Shown here piece by piece: positions 10,926 to 20,836 of a stretch of DNA of 64,000 nt. This DNA is from an uncultured Planctomycetales bacterium. GTDB lineage: Bacteria; Omnitrophota; Gorgyraeia; Zapsychrales; JANLHA01. The notes under the pieces are model-generated. The model saw only the letters and a program-made list of their open reading frames with translations, was not told where the DNA came from and did not search any database. The stretch is taken from the NCBI GenBank assembly GCA_964450385.1, contig CAYVEC010000003.1, positions 4,104 through 68,103 on the forward strand. The letters are read 5' to 3'. The position numbers were made by a program, and so were the translations under genes. How positions within the stretch are numbered: the first letter of the stretch is position 1; every line of letters starts with the position of its first letter.

Positions 10926-11198
10926 ATGACCAAAAAAGATATCGTGCTTAAGATTACGGATATGACCGGTATTAAGCAGGTCGATGTGAAGACCATCGTG
11001 CAGGCCACATTCGATGTGATTGTGGAGAGTCTCATCCGCAATGAGAAGGTGGAATTGCGCAATTTTGGGGTCTTTAAGATCAAAGAGCGCAAGGCCCGCT
11101 TCGGCAGGAATCCGAGGACCGGCGATAGTGTCCCTGTCCCTCCGCGCAAGGTCGTCATTTTCAAGCCGGGGCTTGAAATGAAAGATAAAATTAAATAG
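10926..11198 (+). CDS. HU/IHF family DNA-binding protein (IHF-like)
   Basis: 90 aa with the NFGVFKIKERKARFGRNPRTGDSV...FKPG motif of the IHF/HU arm. Confidence 0.9.
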   Translation: MTKKDIVLKITDMTGIKQVDVKTIVQATFDVIVESLIRNEKVELRNFGVFKIKERKARFGRNPRTGDSVPVPPRKVVIFKPGLEMKDKIK

Positions 11199-11303
11199 CC
11201 ATGACGTGTTGAAGATTCATATGAATCAATACGTTATGGTTTGTACGTATCATCTATTGAAGGCGGAGGACGTATTCTCCGCCTTTCAGATTAAAAGAAA
11301 ACC

Positions 11304-12608
11304 ATGAAAAAGATCCACACAGCGCCGAGAGGGACTGCTGACATTTTGCCGGCCGATGCCGCGCTTTGGCAGACCGTGGAGTCGCGTGCGCGCGAGCGGC
11401 TGGCATCGTATGGGTATCGAGAGATCCGAACCCCGCTTTTTGAGGAGACGGAGCTGTTTGCCCGTTCGGTCGGGCAGACCTCGGACATTGTTCAGAAACA
11501 GATGCTCAATCTTGCGGCCCAGCATGAGGACGAGGGAGCGGAAGATCCGACCCGGGTTGCCCTGTCCCTGCGGCCGGAGGCGACCGCCGCCGTGGTGCGC
11601 GCGTATATCGAGCATCACCTCGATCGGCAGGAGCGGTTATCAAAATTATTTTATGTCGGCCCGATGTTTCGCGGCGAGCGGCCTCAAAAGGGCCGGCTTC
11701 GTCAGTTTCATCAGATCGGTGTTGAGGCCCTGGGACCCGAGACCGCCTCTCCCTTTTTGGATGCTGAGGTCATCGCCTTAAGTGTCGATATCTTAAAGTC
11801 CCTCTCGGTCCAAGGGTTTGAACTCCGGATCAATACGCTCGGAACCGCGGAGGATAAAGAACGGTTTTCTGGATTTCTACGCGGGGCCCTGGGGTCTCAG
11901 CTCACGGCGTTTTGTCCGGATTGTCAGAGCCGGTTTTCACGAAATGTCTTTCGCATCCTTGATTGCAAAAATCGCGACTGTCAGCGCCAGATCGACCGGA
12001 TCGAGCTTGATCGCAGCTATTTAACAGAGGGGAGCCGCCAGTATTTTGATGCTGTGAAGGCCGCCTTGGATTCGCTGGGGATCGGCTATCGTGAAGATCC
12101 GCGTCTCGTGAGAGGGTTGGATTATTATACCCATACGGTCTTTGAGGTCTCGTGCGCCTCCTTGGGGAGTCAGGATGCGGTGGGCGCGGGCGGCCGCTAT
12201 AATGGCTTGGTCGAGCAGCTCGGCGGCCCGAAGGCGGATGCCGTGGGGTTTGCCCTGGGGATCGAGCGGATCCTTTTGGCGTGCGACGGGGATCAATTGA
12301 CCTCTGAGAGCGGGATCGATGTTTTTGTGGTTGTGCTGGACGAGGGGTTGATGCCGCGGGCCTTTGAGATGCTCGATCATCTTCGGCGGGCCGGGATCCG
12401 CGCGGATATGGGGTTTTCTGCGGGGTCGCTCAAAAGTCAGATGCGGCAGGCGGATAAGAATAAGGCGCGTTTTGTCTGGATGCTCGGCAGCCAGGAGGCC
12501 TCTGAAGGCGTGGTGACCGTTAAGAATATGGAGACATCATCGCAGGAGAGGGTCAGGATCGATGACCTCGGGTCGTGGATCACGGCGTTTCACCAGAACG
12601 GGCGGTGA
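11304..12608 (+). CDS. hisS: Histidine--tRNA ligase
   Basis: Class II aaRS motifs plus the HisRS-specific regions (LRPEATAAVVRAY, GGGRYNGLVEQLGG) and a C-terminal anticodon-binding domain. Confidence 0.95.
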   Translation: MKKIHTAPRGTADILPADAALWQTVESRARERLASYGYREIRTPLFEETELFARSVGQTSDIVQKQMLNLAAQHEDEGAEDPTRVALSLRPEATAAVVRAYIEHHLDRQERLSKLFYVGPMFRGERPQKGRLRQFHQIGVEALGPETASPFLDAEVIALSVDILKSLSVQGFELRINTLGTAEDKERFSGFLRGALGSQLTAFCPDCQSRFSRNVFRILDCKNRDCQRQIDRIELDRSYLTEGSRQYFDAVKAALDSLGIGYREDPRLVRGLDYYTHTVFEVSCASLGSQDAVGAGGRYNGLVEQLGGPKADAVGFALGIERILLACDGDQLTSESGIDVFVVVLDEGLMPRAFEMLDHLRRAGIRADMGFSAGSLKSQMRQADKNKARFVWMLGSQEASEGVVTVKNMETSSQERVRIDDLGSWITAFHQNGR

Positions 12609-12667
12609 TCGGTTCGGAAAATCCGGACGCTGTCCGGGGGGATTAACGTTTTGTTGAAGGAGTGGGG

Positions 12668-14077
12668 ATGTTACGAACACACACATGCGGGGAACTTCGT
12701 CCGGAGCATCAGGGGCGCCGGGTGACATTATGCGGGTGGGTTCACCGCCGGCGGGACCATGGGAAGTTGATCTTCATTGATGTCCGCGACCGGTACGGCG
12801 TGACCCAGATCGTTTTTGTGCCATCGGTCTCGCCCGAGGCCCATGGCGTGGCGCAGACCCTGGGGTTGGAGTATGTGATCCGGGTGGAGGGGGATGTGGC
12901 CGCCCGATCTGCGAAGAACGTGAATAAAGAGATTCCGACCGGAGAGGTCGAAGTCTGCGCGACCGGACTCGAGATCCTCAACACCTCCCGGACTCCGGTC
13001 TTTGAGGTGGATGATGAAGGGGAGGTCGGCGAGGAATTGCGTCTCACCTATCGGTACCTTGACCTCCGCCGGAAAAAAGTAGCGAGCGCTCTGGCCCTGC
13101 GGCATCGGATGTGCGCCTGTATCCATCGGGTCCTTGACCAGGAGGGGTTCCTTTCGGTGGAGACGCCGGTCCTGACGAAATCGACGCCTGAGGGTGCCCG
13201 TGATTTTTTGGTGCCGTCACGCCTCAGCCCGGGAAGTTTTTTTGCCCTGCCTCAATCCCCGCAGCTGTTCAAGCAGATGCTCATGGTCTCGGGGTTTGAC
13301 CGGTATTATCAGATTGTGAAATGCTTTCGGGATGAGGACCTCCGCGCCGATCGGCAGCCGGAATTCACCCAGCTCGATATGGAAATGTCATTCGTTCAGG
13401 AGGAGGACATCTTCGCGCTCACCGAGCGGCTTTTTCAGACGATCTTTAAAGAGGTGAAGGGGATCGATCTGCCGATCCCTTTCCCGCGGATGACCCATGC
13501 CGACGCCATGGCGCGCTACCAGAGCGACAAGCCGGACATCCGAAAGGACAAAAACGACAAGAATGAATTTGCCTTTCTTTGGGTTGTGGATTTTCCTTTA
13601 TTTAAATATAATACAGAAGAAAGTCGATGGGAGAGTGAGCATCATCCCTTTACGTCGCTTCACCCGGATGATCGCGGGCTCTTCGATCAGGGGGATTATG
13701 GTCGGGTCCGCTCGAGGTCTTATGATCTCGTGCTCAATGGAAGCGAGATCGGCAGCGGCTCGGTTCGAATCCATCAGCGGGAGCTGCAGAAAAAGATTTT
13801 TGACATTATCGGGATCGATGAGGGAGAGGCCGAGCGGCGGTTTGGGTTCTTGCTGCGGGCCTTCGAATACGGGGCGCCTCCGCATGCCGGGGTCGCCTAC
13901 GGGATCGATCGGTTGACGGCGATGCTCACCGGGGTTGAGTCGATCCGCGATACGATCGCCTTTCCGAAGACGCAGAAGGGAAGCTGTTTGGTCACTGACG
14001 CTCCGTCGGAGGTGGATGAACCGCAGCTGCGGGAGTTGGGATTAATGGCACTGAAAAAAGGAGATTCTGATGCCTAA
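12668..14077 (+). CDS. aspS: Aspartate--tRNA ligase of bacterial type that lacks the GAD insertion domain
   Basis: An N-terminal OB anticodon domain, motif 2 FRDEDLRADRQPEFTQLDMEMSF and motif 3 GSGSVRIH. The ...SDKPDIRKD / FAFLWVVDFPLF junction is contiguous where the E. coli enzyme carries its ~130-aa GAD domain. The ORF-track GTG at 12662 is an alternative start. Confidence 0.9.
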   Translation: MLRTHTCGELRPEHQGRRVTLCGWVHRRRDHGKLIFIDVRDRYGVTQIVFVPSVSPEAHGVAQTLGLEYVIRVEGDVAARSAKNVNKEIPTGEVEVCATGLEILNTSRTPVFEVDDEGEVGEELRLTYRYLDLRRKKVASALALRHRMCACIHRVLDQEGFLSVETPVLTKSTPEGARDFLVPSRLSPGSFFALPQSPQLFKQMLMVSGFDRYYQIVKCFRDEDLRADRQPEFTQLDMEMSFVQEEDIFALTERLFQTIFKEVKGIDLPIPFPRMTHADAMARYQSDKPDIRKDKNDKNEFAFLWVVDFPLFKYNTEESRWESEHHPFTSLHPDDRGLFDQGDYGRVRSRSYDLVLNGSEIGSGSVRIHQRELQKKIFDIIGIDEGEAERRFGFLLRAFEYGAPPHAGVAYGIDRLTAMLTGVESIRDTIAFPKTQKGSCLVTDAPSEVDEPQLRELGLMALKKGDSDA

Positions 14078-14675
14078 AAGAATAGTATTGGGAGTTGTGT
14101 GTCTTGTTGGGGTGTCGTTGGTGGCCGGGTGCGCGTCGACCCGCGCGGCGGCGCCGAAAGAGGAGGGCGGGAAACTTGAGCTGCGCGCCTACAGTGAAGA
14201 CCGTCCGCGTGTGGACCAGGAGTTGTCCGGGAATCGCGGGTATCTGATGGGCACGCCGAAGCCCGAGGAAACGACCGATCGTCGGCCGACACGCCGGGTC
14301 TATGTTGTCGAATTGACGAAGAGTGTTCCGGTGCCGCAGGAGGTTGAGAATTTTAAGATCGAGCCCTTGCCTAAGAGTGAGCCGGTGAATCTTCCACCCG
14401 CCCGTCCGGTTGAAGAACCCGCGTGGCGTCAGCCGGTTCAGATCCCTTCTTTTGATGTCAGCGATACGGCTGATGTCGGCGATGCGGCCTCAGGTTTGGG
14501 GCGAGAGGATGAGGTGTATGTGGTTCAGGAGGGAGACACCCTGCAGAAGATCTCGAAGAAATATTATGACACGTATAAAAAGTGGACGGATATCTTTGAG
14601 GCCAACAAAGAGGTTCTCCGGGATAATCCCAATTGGATCAAGCCGGGGATGCGTTTGACCATTCCGATGAACTAG
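14070..14675 (+). CDS. LysM-domain lipoprotein
   Basis: Lipobox LVAGC after a signal peptide and a C-terminal LysM (YVVQEGDTLQKISKKYY...). The start overlaps the aspS stop (ATGA). Confidence 0.8.
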   Translation: MPKRIVLGVVCLVGVSLVAGCASTRAAAPKEEGGKLELRAYSEDRPRVDQELSGNRGYLMGTPKPEETTDRRPTRRVYVVELTKSVPVPQEVENFKIEPLPKSEPVNLPPARPVEEPAWRQPVQIPSFDVSDTADVGDAASGLGREDEVYVVQEGDTLQKISKKYYDTYKKWTDIFEANKEVLRDNPNWIKPGMRLTIPMN

Positions 14676-14737
14676 AACGGATCAACATCTGAAACCGCCA
14701 GAGGCCTTGCCGATGCGAGGGCCTTGGATAGGGGATC

Positions 14738-15688
14738 ATGGAAAAAATCATTTTTTTGAATAGTCTGCAGGATGAGCAGGTCCTTTTCGGCAAGTATGAT
14801 CAGAACCTCAAGCTGATTGAGGTCGAGATGGACGTCAAGATGATGCGCGTCGAGGAGGGGCTAAAGGTGATTGGCCCTGATGACGCGGTCGAAAAGGTCG
14901 GCGAGATGATCGAGTATCTCCTTAGCATCGTCGCTGACGGACGCGAAATTAAAAAGCGCGATGTCATTTATGCGATCCAGCTCATCCGGTCGGATGCGGG
15001 GATCGATTTTAAAAAGCTCGCGAAGAAGCGCATTCAGCTGCCGATCTCGGGTGGGGTCATTACTCCTAAGACGCGCGGGCAGATCGATTATGTCGAGGCG
15101 ATCCGAAGTTATGACATTGTTTTTGGGATCGGGCCGGCTGGGACCGGGAAGACCTATCTTGCGATCGCGATGGCCGTGAACGCCCTCAAAAAGGGTATCG
15201 TGCGTCGGATCATTTTGACCCGTCCCGCGATTGAGGCCGGAGAGAGCCTCGGGTTTCTGCCCGGGGACATGGTGGACAAGGTCTCGCCGTATCTGAGGCC
15301 TATGTATGACGCCTTGTATGAGATGATGGATCCGGAAAAGGTGGAACAGTATACCGAGCAGGGGATCATTGAGATCGCGCCGCTCGCCTTTATGCGAGGC
15401 CGGACCCTGAACGAGGCGTTTATCATTTTGGATGAGGCTCAGAATTCAACGGCGTATCAGATGAAAATGTTTTTGACGCGGCTGGGGTTTGATTCCAAGG
15501 CCGTGATCACCGGCGACCTCACCCAGAGCGACCTGCCCAAGGGCAGTGTGAATGGGTTGGCCGAGGCTCAGCGGATCTTGGGGCACATTGAGGATATTCG
15601 GTTTGTGACCCTGACTGGCGCCGACGTTGTTCGGCATGAGCTGGTTCAAAAGATCATCGAGGCCTATGCCCAGGTCGATAAGCACTAA
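14738..15688 (+). CDS. phoH: PhoH-like ATPase (PhoH/YbeZ)
   Basis: Walker A GPAGTGKTYLA and PhoH-family conservation. It has the conserved context with the 7TM-HD and ybeY genes. Confidence 0.9.
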   Translation: MEKIIFLNSLQDEQVLFGKYDQNLKLIEVEMDVKMMRVEEGLKVIGPDDAVEKVGEMIEYLLSIVADGREIKKRDVIYAIQLIRSDAGIDFKKLAKKRIQLPISGGVITPKTRGQIDYVEAIRSYDIVFGIGPAGTGKTYLAIAMAVNALKKGIVRRIILTRPAIEAGESLGFLPGDMVDKVSPYLRPMYDALYEMMDPEKVEQYTEQGIIEIAPLAFMRGRTLNEAFIILDEAQNSTAYQMKMFLTRLGFDSKAVITGDLTQSDLPKGSVNGLAEAQRILGHIEDIRFVTLTGADVVRHELVQKIIEAYAQVDKH

Positions 15689-15697
15689 AGGAACACG

Positions 15698-17074
15698 ATG
15701 AGGAACATCCTAAAGGCACCGATCTCATTGAAACATTTCCTGATAGGGGCCATGGTGATCGGGGTCGTGGCGCTCTTCTGTTACGCCTCGGGGTATTCGT
15801 ATATTTTAGCCTTTCTTGTGCTGCTCTTTAGTATGCACCTGTTTTTTATCGAGCGGGCCTCAGGCCGTCAGTATCTGCATCTTGGTCTGCTCTTGACCCT
15901 TGGCTTATTCATGGCGCATGCGGTCATCGTTTATGGTGGGTGGCCTCCCCGGTATATTCCGGTTGCCAGCCTTGCCATGCTTACGATGCTCCTCTTCAAC
16001 GACCTCCAGATTATGTTCATTATGTCGGTCCTCGCAAGCGTGGCCGTGACCCTGGGCGCGGGCGGCGGGTTGGAGATGGCCTTGATTTTTTTTGTGGGAT
16101 CCGTGACCGCGGCCTACAGCGTGCGGGACGCGCGGAGCCGAGGGACGATGATCAATGCCGGGTTTTATGTGGCCTGTATGCAGGTCTTTGCCGCGGTGCT
16201 TTTGGCGCTCGGCACGACGAATATCGCGTCGCGGGAATTTCTTAATAATGTCGTCCGGCCGCTTGCGGTGAACGGATTTCTTGCCGCGTTCATCACGCTC
16301 GCAACCTTAAAGATCTTTGAATCGTTGTTCGGAGTCGTGACGAATTTTAGTCTGCTCGAGCTCTCAGACTTCAATCAGCCCCTGCTTAAAAAGATGATCC
16401 TTGAGGCGCCGGGGACGTACCATCACAGCCTGGTCGTGAGTAATCTCGCTGAGGCAGCGGCCGAGGCGGTCGGGGCAAACGGGCTTCTTACCCGGGTGGG
16501 GGCTTATTATCATGATATTGGTAAGATCGAGAAGCCTGAGTATTTTACAGAGAACCAGCTCCTCGATGCGAATAAACATGACAATCTCGAGGCCTCGGTC
16601 AGCCGGCTCGTCATTATCAGCCACGTCAAGCAGGGCCTTGAGACCGCGAAGAAATATAAACTGAATCCGGTGATCGCGGATTTTATTCCCCAGCACCACG
16701 GGACGAGCCTCACCTACTTTTTTTATCAGAAGGCGCTCGAGGCCGCTGAGGACCCGGCTACCGTGAAACCCGAGGATTTTCGCTATCCTGGACCGAAGCC
16801 TCAATCGCGCGAGACCGCGATCGTGATGCTCGCGGATTCGGTCGAGGCCGCGATCCGAAGTCTTGAGGAACCGACCCCCAAAAGGATCGAGGAGCTTGTT
16901 CGGAAGATCATCAATAATAAATTTATCGACGGGCAGCTTGATGAATGTAATCTCACCCTTCGGGACATTGACAAGATCGCCCTGACTTTCACCCGTGCCC
17001 TGAGCGCGATGTATCACACCCGGGTGCGGTATCCCGAACGGAATGGCGGGACAGGTGCCAAGGCCGATGATTAA
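15698..17074 (+). CDS. 7TM-HD membrane phosphohydrolase (PgpH/YqfF family)
   Basis: Multiple N-terminal TM helices followed by an HD domain (HHSLVVSNLAEAAA...YYHDIGK). Confidence 0.85.
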   Translation: MRNILKAPISLKHFLIGAMVIGVVALFCYASGYSYILAFLVLLFSMHLFFIERASGRQYLHLGLLLTLGLFMAHAVIVYGGWPPRYIPVASLAMLTMLLFNDLQIMFIMSVLASVAVTLGAGGGLEMALIFFVGSVTAAYSVRDARSRGTMINAGFYVACMQVFAAVLLALGTTNIASREFLNNVVRPLAVNGFLAAFITLATLKIFESLFGVVTNFSLLELSDFNQPLLKKMILEAPGTYHHSLVVSNLAEAAAEAVGANGLLTRVGAYYHDIGKIEKPEYFTENQLLDANKHDNLEASVSRLVIISHVKQGLETAKKYKLNPVIADFIPQHHGTSLTYFFYQKALEAAEDPATVKPEDFRYPGPKPQSRETAIVMLADSVEAAIRSLEEPTPKRIEELVRKIINNKFIDGQLDECNLTLRDIDKIALTFTRALSAMYHTRVRYPERNGGTGAKADD

Positions 17075-17558
17075 GGGCTGTCCGTCGGGGGTCTATCACG
17101 TCGAGATCCAAAACCATCAACGCCAGATCGCGCTGTGCCCTGAGACCATCGAGGCCTTTGTACGCCGGGTGCTCTGCGATCAGCGGGTCCGGGAGGCCTC
17201 GATCTCACTTGTCGTTACGACGGACCGGTCCATCCGCGTTGTGAACCGACGGTTTCTCAATCATGATTATGCGACGGATGTCCTGACGTTCGATCTGGCC
17301 GACACTAGGTCCGGCCGGAAGGGGATCGAGGCGGAGATTCTGGTTTCGGCGGTCACGGCTCGGCGTCAGGCCCGGGAGATCGGGTCGTCCGTCTATGATG
17401 AGCTGGCCCTGTATATCGTCCATGGCGTGCTGCATCTTGTGGGGTATGATGACCATTGTCCGGCTGACGCCGCCCGCATGCGTCAGGCGGAGCAGACGGC
17501 CTTGAGCAAGGCCGCCCGTGAGCTGAAGGCCCTGTCTTATGGCGATCATTCAGACTGA
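17067..17558 (+). CDS. ybeY: Endoribonuclease YbeY (rRNA maturation factor)
   Basis: HGVLHLVGYDDH metal-binding motif. The start ATG overlaps the upstream stop. Confidence 0.9.
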   Translation: MIKGCPSGVYHVEIQNHQRQIALCPETIEAFVRRVLCDQRVREASISLVVTTDRSIRVVNRRFLNHDYATDVLTFDLADTRSGRKGIEAEILVSAVTARRQAREIGSSVYDELALYIVHGVLHLVGYDDHCPADAARMRQAEQTALSKAARELKALSYGDHSD

Positions 17559-18273
17559 AGGGATCGTGTTAAAGGCGTTCGATCTTCGCGAGACGAGCAA
17601 GATCGCGGTCTTTTTTACGCGGGACCACGGCCGCGTGAGCGGCGTTCTTAAGGGGATCCGTAAAGACCCGAGGAAATTCGGGTCGAGCCTCGAGCGGTTT
17701 TCCGTCAATGATATCGTTTATTATCAGTACCGTCATTCGGACCTGCACCTTGTGAGCCAGTGCGATATGCGGTCCTTTTTTTTGCCGATTCGTCAGGACC
17801 TCAAGAAGTCTCTCGCGGCGAGCTATATGATGGAACTCATCGCCCTGATCATGCCCGCGGAACTCCCGAACGAACAGATCTATGGTCTTATGATCGACTG
17901 CCTCAACGACCTCGAGACGGCCAAGGACATCGACCGGCTCATCCGTTTATTCCAGGGCAAGGTGCTCTTTTTCTCGGGGTTTCGTCCGCACCTCGATGCC
18001 TGTGTCCAGTGCAAGAAAAAGGTCCACGGTCAGGCGTATTTTAGTATGCACGGTGGAGGCCTGGTCTGCGGGTCGTGCGTGACATCGGCCCGGTCGCAGC
18101 ATCCGATCGCGCCAGGGACGATCGCCACGATCCTTCATGTCGAGCGAACGCGGTGGCCGGATTGCCATCGCCTTCGATTGACCGAGCCGGTTCGGCGGGA
18201 ATTGAAATATATCCTGAATAATTTCTTGATCTTTCATCTGGGCAAGCGGGTTCGCTCCGCCCAGTATGTTTAA
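17539..18273 (+). CDS. recO: DNA repair protein RecO
   Basis: An N-terminal OB domain and the C-terminal zinc motif CVQC...CGSC. Confidence 0.9.
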   Translation: MAIIQTEGIVLKAFDLRETSKIAVFFTRDHGRVSGVLKGIRKDPRKFGSSLERFSVNDIVYYQYRHSDLHLVSQCDMRSFFLPIRQDLKKSLAASYMMELIALIMPAELPNEQIYGLMIDCLNDLETAKDIDRLIRLFQGKVLFFSGFRPHLDACVQCKKKVHGQAYFSMHGGGLVCGSCVTSARSQHPIAPGTIATILHVERTRWPDCHRLRLTEPVRRELKYILNNFLIFHLGKRVRSAQYV

Positions 18274-18286
18274 TACAAAAAAAGAG

Positions 18287-18313
18287 CCCCGGTCGTGGTG
18301 ACACGACCGGGGC
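18287..18313 (-). terminator. Rho-independent terminator for the minus-strand ferredoxin gene (also downstream of recO)
   Basis: A perfect 11-bp stem ccccggtcgtg/cacgaccgggg, with an A7 tract on the + strand that reads as a T-tract on the minus strand. Confidence 0.6.
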
Positions 18314-18327
18314 GGAATCCCGCGGAT

Positions 18328-18528
<201 letters not shown>

Positions 18529-18657
18529 TTAAAAACTAGTATTCACATTACCATATGATCATATAAAATCAACAATATTTTAAAAATCACGGCCTTTTCT
18601 TGACCCGGTATCTGAGAGTCTCTATAATCAATATGCTTTTATTTATAAGGAGGATCG

Positions 18658-19572
18658 ATGCGTGTCGTCGTTGTGGGGCCGGGGGCCGTGGGGTGTTTTA
18701 TCGCCGGGAAAATGACATCTGCGGCTGAGGTCTGGCTGTTGGATCATCGTCCTGAGCGGGCCGCCCGGATCATGGCGAATCACGGGATCGTCTGTGACGG
18801 CAGCGACGGACGCTGGCAGGCGGCCTGTCCGGTGACATGTCAGGCGGCTGAGGTGGGCCAGGCGGACGTGGTTGTTGTCTGCGTGAAGGCGCATGATGTT
18901 CCGACGGCATTGCGCGGGGTTCGCGGGGCCGTTGGCCCCGAGACCCGGGTCGTCATGCTTCATAACGGGTTGGTGCCGTCGGATCGCATTGCATCGGCGT
19001 GCGGCCGCGGCGTGATGATACCGGCTGTGGCTTATTTGGGCGTTCGGTTGATCTCTGACGGGGTGATCGAGCAGACCGGTCGAGGTCGGATCATGCTCGG
19101 GGGAGACGGATCGGGCCGAGAAACTGTGCGGCGTCTGATGAGGTCGGCGGGGCTGGATGCCCGGCGATCGGGGGATATTCGGCGGGAGGTCTGGGCCAAA
19201 CTCGCTGTTAATGCCGGGATCAACGCGGTTTCAGCCCTTACGGGTTTGACGAACGGAGAGTTGCTCGAACGGCCCGAGACCCGGCAGATGATGGACAGGG
19301 CGGTCGCGGAGACCGTGGCTGTCGCGCGCCGCCGGGGGATTCTCCTTTCAGTGCGGTCGATGCAGACGCGCCTGCGAATCGTGGCCCGGGACACGGCCGG
19401 GAACGTCTCCTCAATGCTTCAGGATGTCCGGGCACATCGACGGACAGAGATCGATGCGATCAACGGGGCGGTCGTTGAGCACGGCCGGGCCTGCCGGGTA
19501 GCGACTCCGGTGAATGAGACATTGTGGGCCTTGGTCAAGACGGTTGAACAGGATTCTGGGGTCAGGAAATGA
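18658..19572 (+). CDS. panE: 2-dehydropantoate 2-reductase (PanE/ApbA family)
   Basis: N-terminal Rossmann VVVVGPGAVG and ApbA-family length and conservation. Confidence 0.8.
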   Translation: MRVVVVGPGAVGCFIAGKMTSAAEVWLLDHRPERAARIMANHGIVCDGSDGRWQAACPVTCQAAEVGQADVVVVCVKAHDVPTALRGVRGAVGPETRVVMLHNGLVPSDRIASACGRGVMIPAVAYLGVRLISDGVIEQTGRGRIMLGGDGSGRETVRRLMRSAGLDARRSGDIRREVWAKLAVNAGINAVSALTGLTNGELLERPETRQMMDRAVAETVAVARRRGILLSVRSMQTRLRIVARDTAGNVSSMLQDVRAHRRTEIDAINGAVVEHGRACRVATPVNETLWALVKTVEQDSGVRK

Positions 19573-19585
19573 TCATGGAGCGGCG

Positions 19586-20029
19586 ATGAGGGTTGTTCTT
19601 CAGCGGGTCTCTCAGGCAGAGGTGGCGGTGGACGGACGGGTGACGGGCCGCATCGGGCCCGGGGCCGTGATCCTCCTTGGTGTGGCCAAAGGCGACGCGG
19701 AGGCAGACGTCGTGGGCCTTGTGACGAAGATCGCGGGGTTGCGTATTTTTGCCGATGCCGATGAAAAAATAAATCTCGGACCGGCCGAGAGCGGGGCAGA
19801 ATTCCTCGTCGTCTCACAATTCACGCTTTATGGCAATTGCCGCAAGGGCCGGCGGCCGTCGTTTGATGGGGCGGCCGTGCCTGAGGAGGGGAGGCGGCTG
19901 TATGAGGCCTTTGTTGTCCAGTTAAGGGCGCAGGGCTTCAAGGTTGAGACCGGTGAATTTGGGGCGATGATGAAGGTGTCGTTGATTAATGACGGGCCGG
20001 TGACGTTGATTTTGGAATCCGGCCGGTGA
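19586..20029 (+). CDS. dtd: D-aminoacyl-tRNA deacylase
   Basis: MRVVLQRVSQAEV...SQFTLYG...GPVTL are Dtd hallmark motifs, 147 aa. Confidence 0.9.
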   Translation: MRVVLQRVSQAEVAVDGRVTGRIGPGAVILLGVAKGDAEADVVGLVTKIAGLRIFADADEKINLGPAESGAEFLVVSQFTLYGNCRKGRRPSFDGAAVPEEGRRLYEAFVVQLRAQGFKVETGEFGAMMKVSLINDGPVTLILESGR

Positions 20030-20050
20030 GCGGGGGAGAGGCGGCAGAGG

Positions 20051-20809
20051 GTGATCGATACGCACGCACATCTTGATGGATTAGAGGACCTTGATGCGGC
20101 GCTCGCCCGGGCTCATGAGGCAGGGGTGACTGCTGTCGTCACGATGGGAGAGGGCCGAACCTCAAATGAGGCGAATCTTGCGCTTCGGCAGCGATTTTCG
20201 AGCCCTAAGATTTATGTCGGGCTCGGCATTCATCCGGGCTCGATCCCCGGGATCGAGCGTGATGACGAGATCGCCTTTATTGAGGGGCATCTCGATGAGG
20301 CCCATGCGATCGGCGAGATCGGTCTCGATTTTTGGTATCAGTGGGCCCGTCATGATGAGGCCAAAAAAGAAGAACAGCGCCGGGTCTATCGGCGCATGCT
20401 TGAGATCGCTCGGGATCATGATCTACCGGCGAGTATCCATACGCGGGGTGCCTGGACCGAGGCGGTCGCGATTGCACGCGAGGTCGGGGTCCGTCGGGCG
20501 GTGTTCCATTGGTATAGCGGACCGCTCGACGTGCTCGAGCGGATCCTCGAGGCGGGTTATTATGTTTCGGCGGCCCCGAGTGTCTCCTATAGTCCTGAGG
20601 CCCGAGCCGCCCTGAGCGTTGCCCCCATTGAGCAGACCCTCCTTGAGACCGACACCCCGGTCTTTTATCGCGACGCGAAGGGGGGATTCAGGGCCGAGCC
20701 GAAGGATGTCTTTCGGACGCTTCGGGACTATACCGCGTTGCACAAACGCGATGAGGGCGAGGTCGCGCGGATTGTCACGGAAAATGCCAAGCGGTTTTTT
20801 GGAATCTAA
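20051..20809 (+). CDS. tatD: TatD family metal-dependent hydrolase
   Basis: HAHLD motif at the N-terminus in a TIM-barrel hydrolase. GTG start. Confidence 0.85.
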   Translation: MIDTHAHLDGLEDLDAALARAHEAGVTAVVTMGEGRTSNEANLALRQRFSSPKIYVGLGIHPGSIPGIERDDEIAFIEGHLDEAHAIGEIGLDFWYQWARHDEAKKEEQRRVYRRMLEIARDHDLPASIHTRGAWTEAVAIAREVGVRRAVFHWYSGPLDVLERILEAGYYVSAAPSVSYSPEARAALSVAPIEQTLLETDTPVFYRDAKGGFRAEPKDVFRTLRDYTALHKRDEGEVARIVTENAKRFFGI

Positions 20810-20836
20810 ACGGATCATAATGACGAAGGGATCAAG

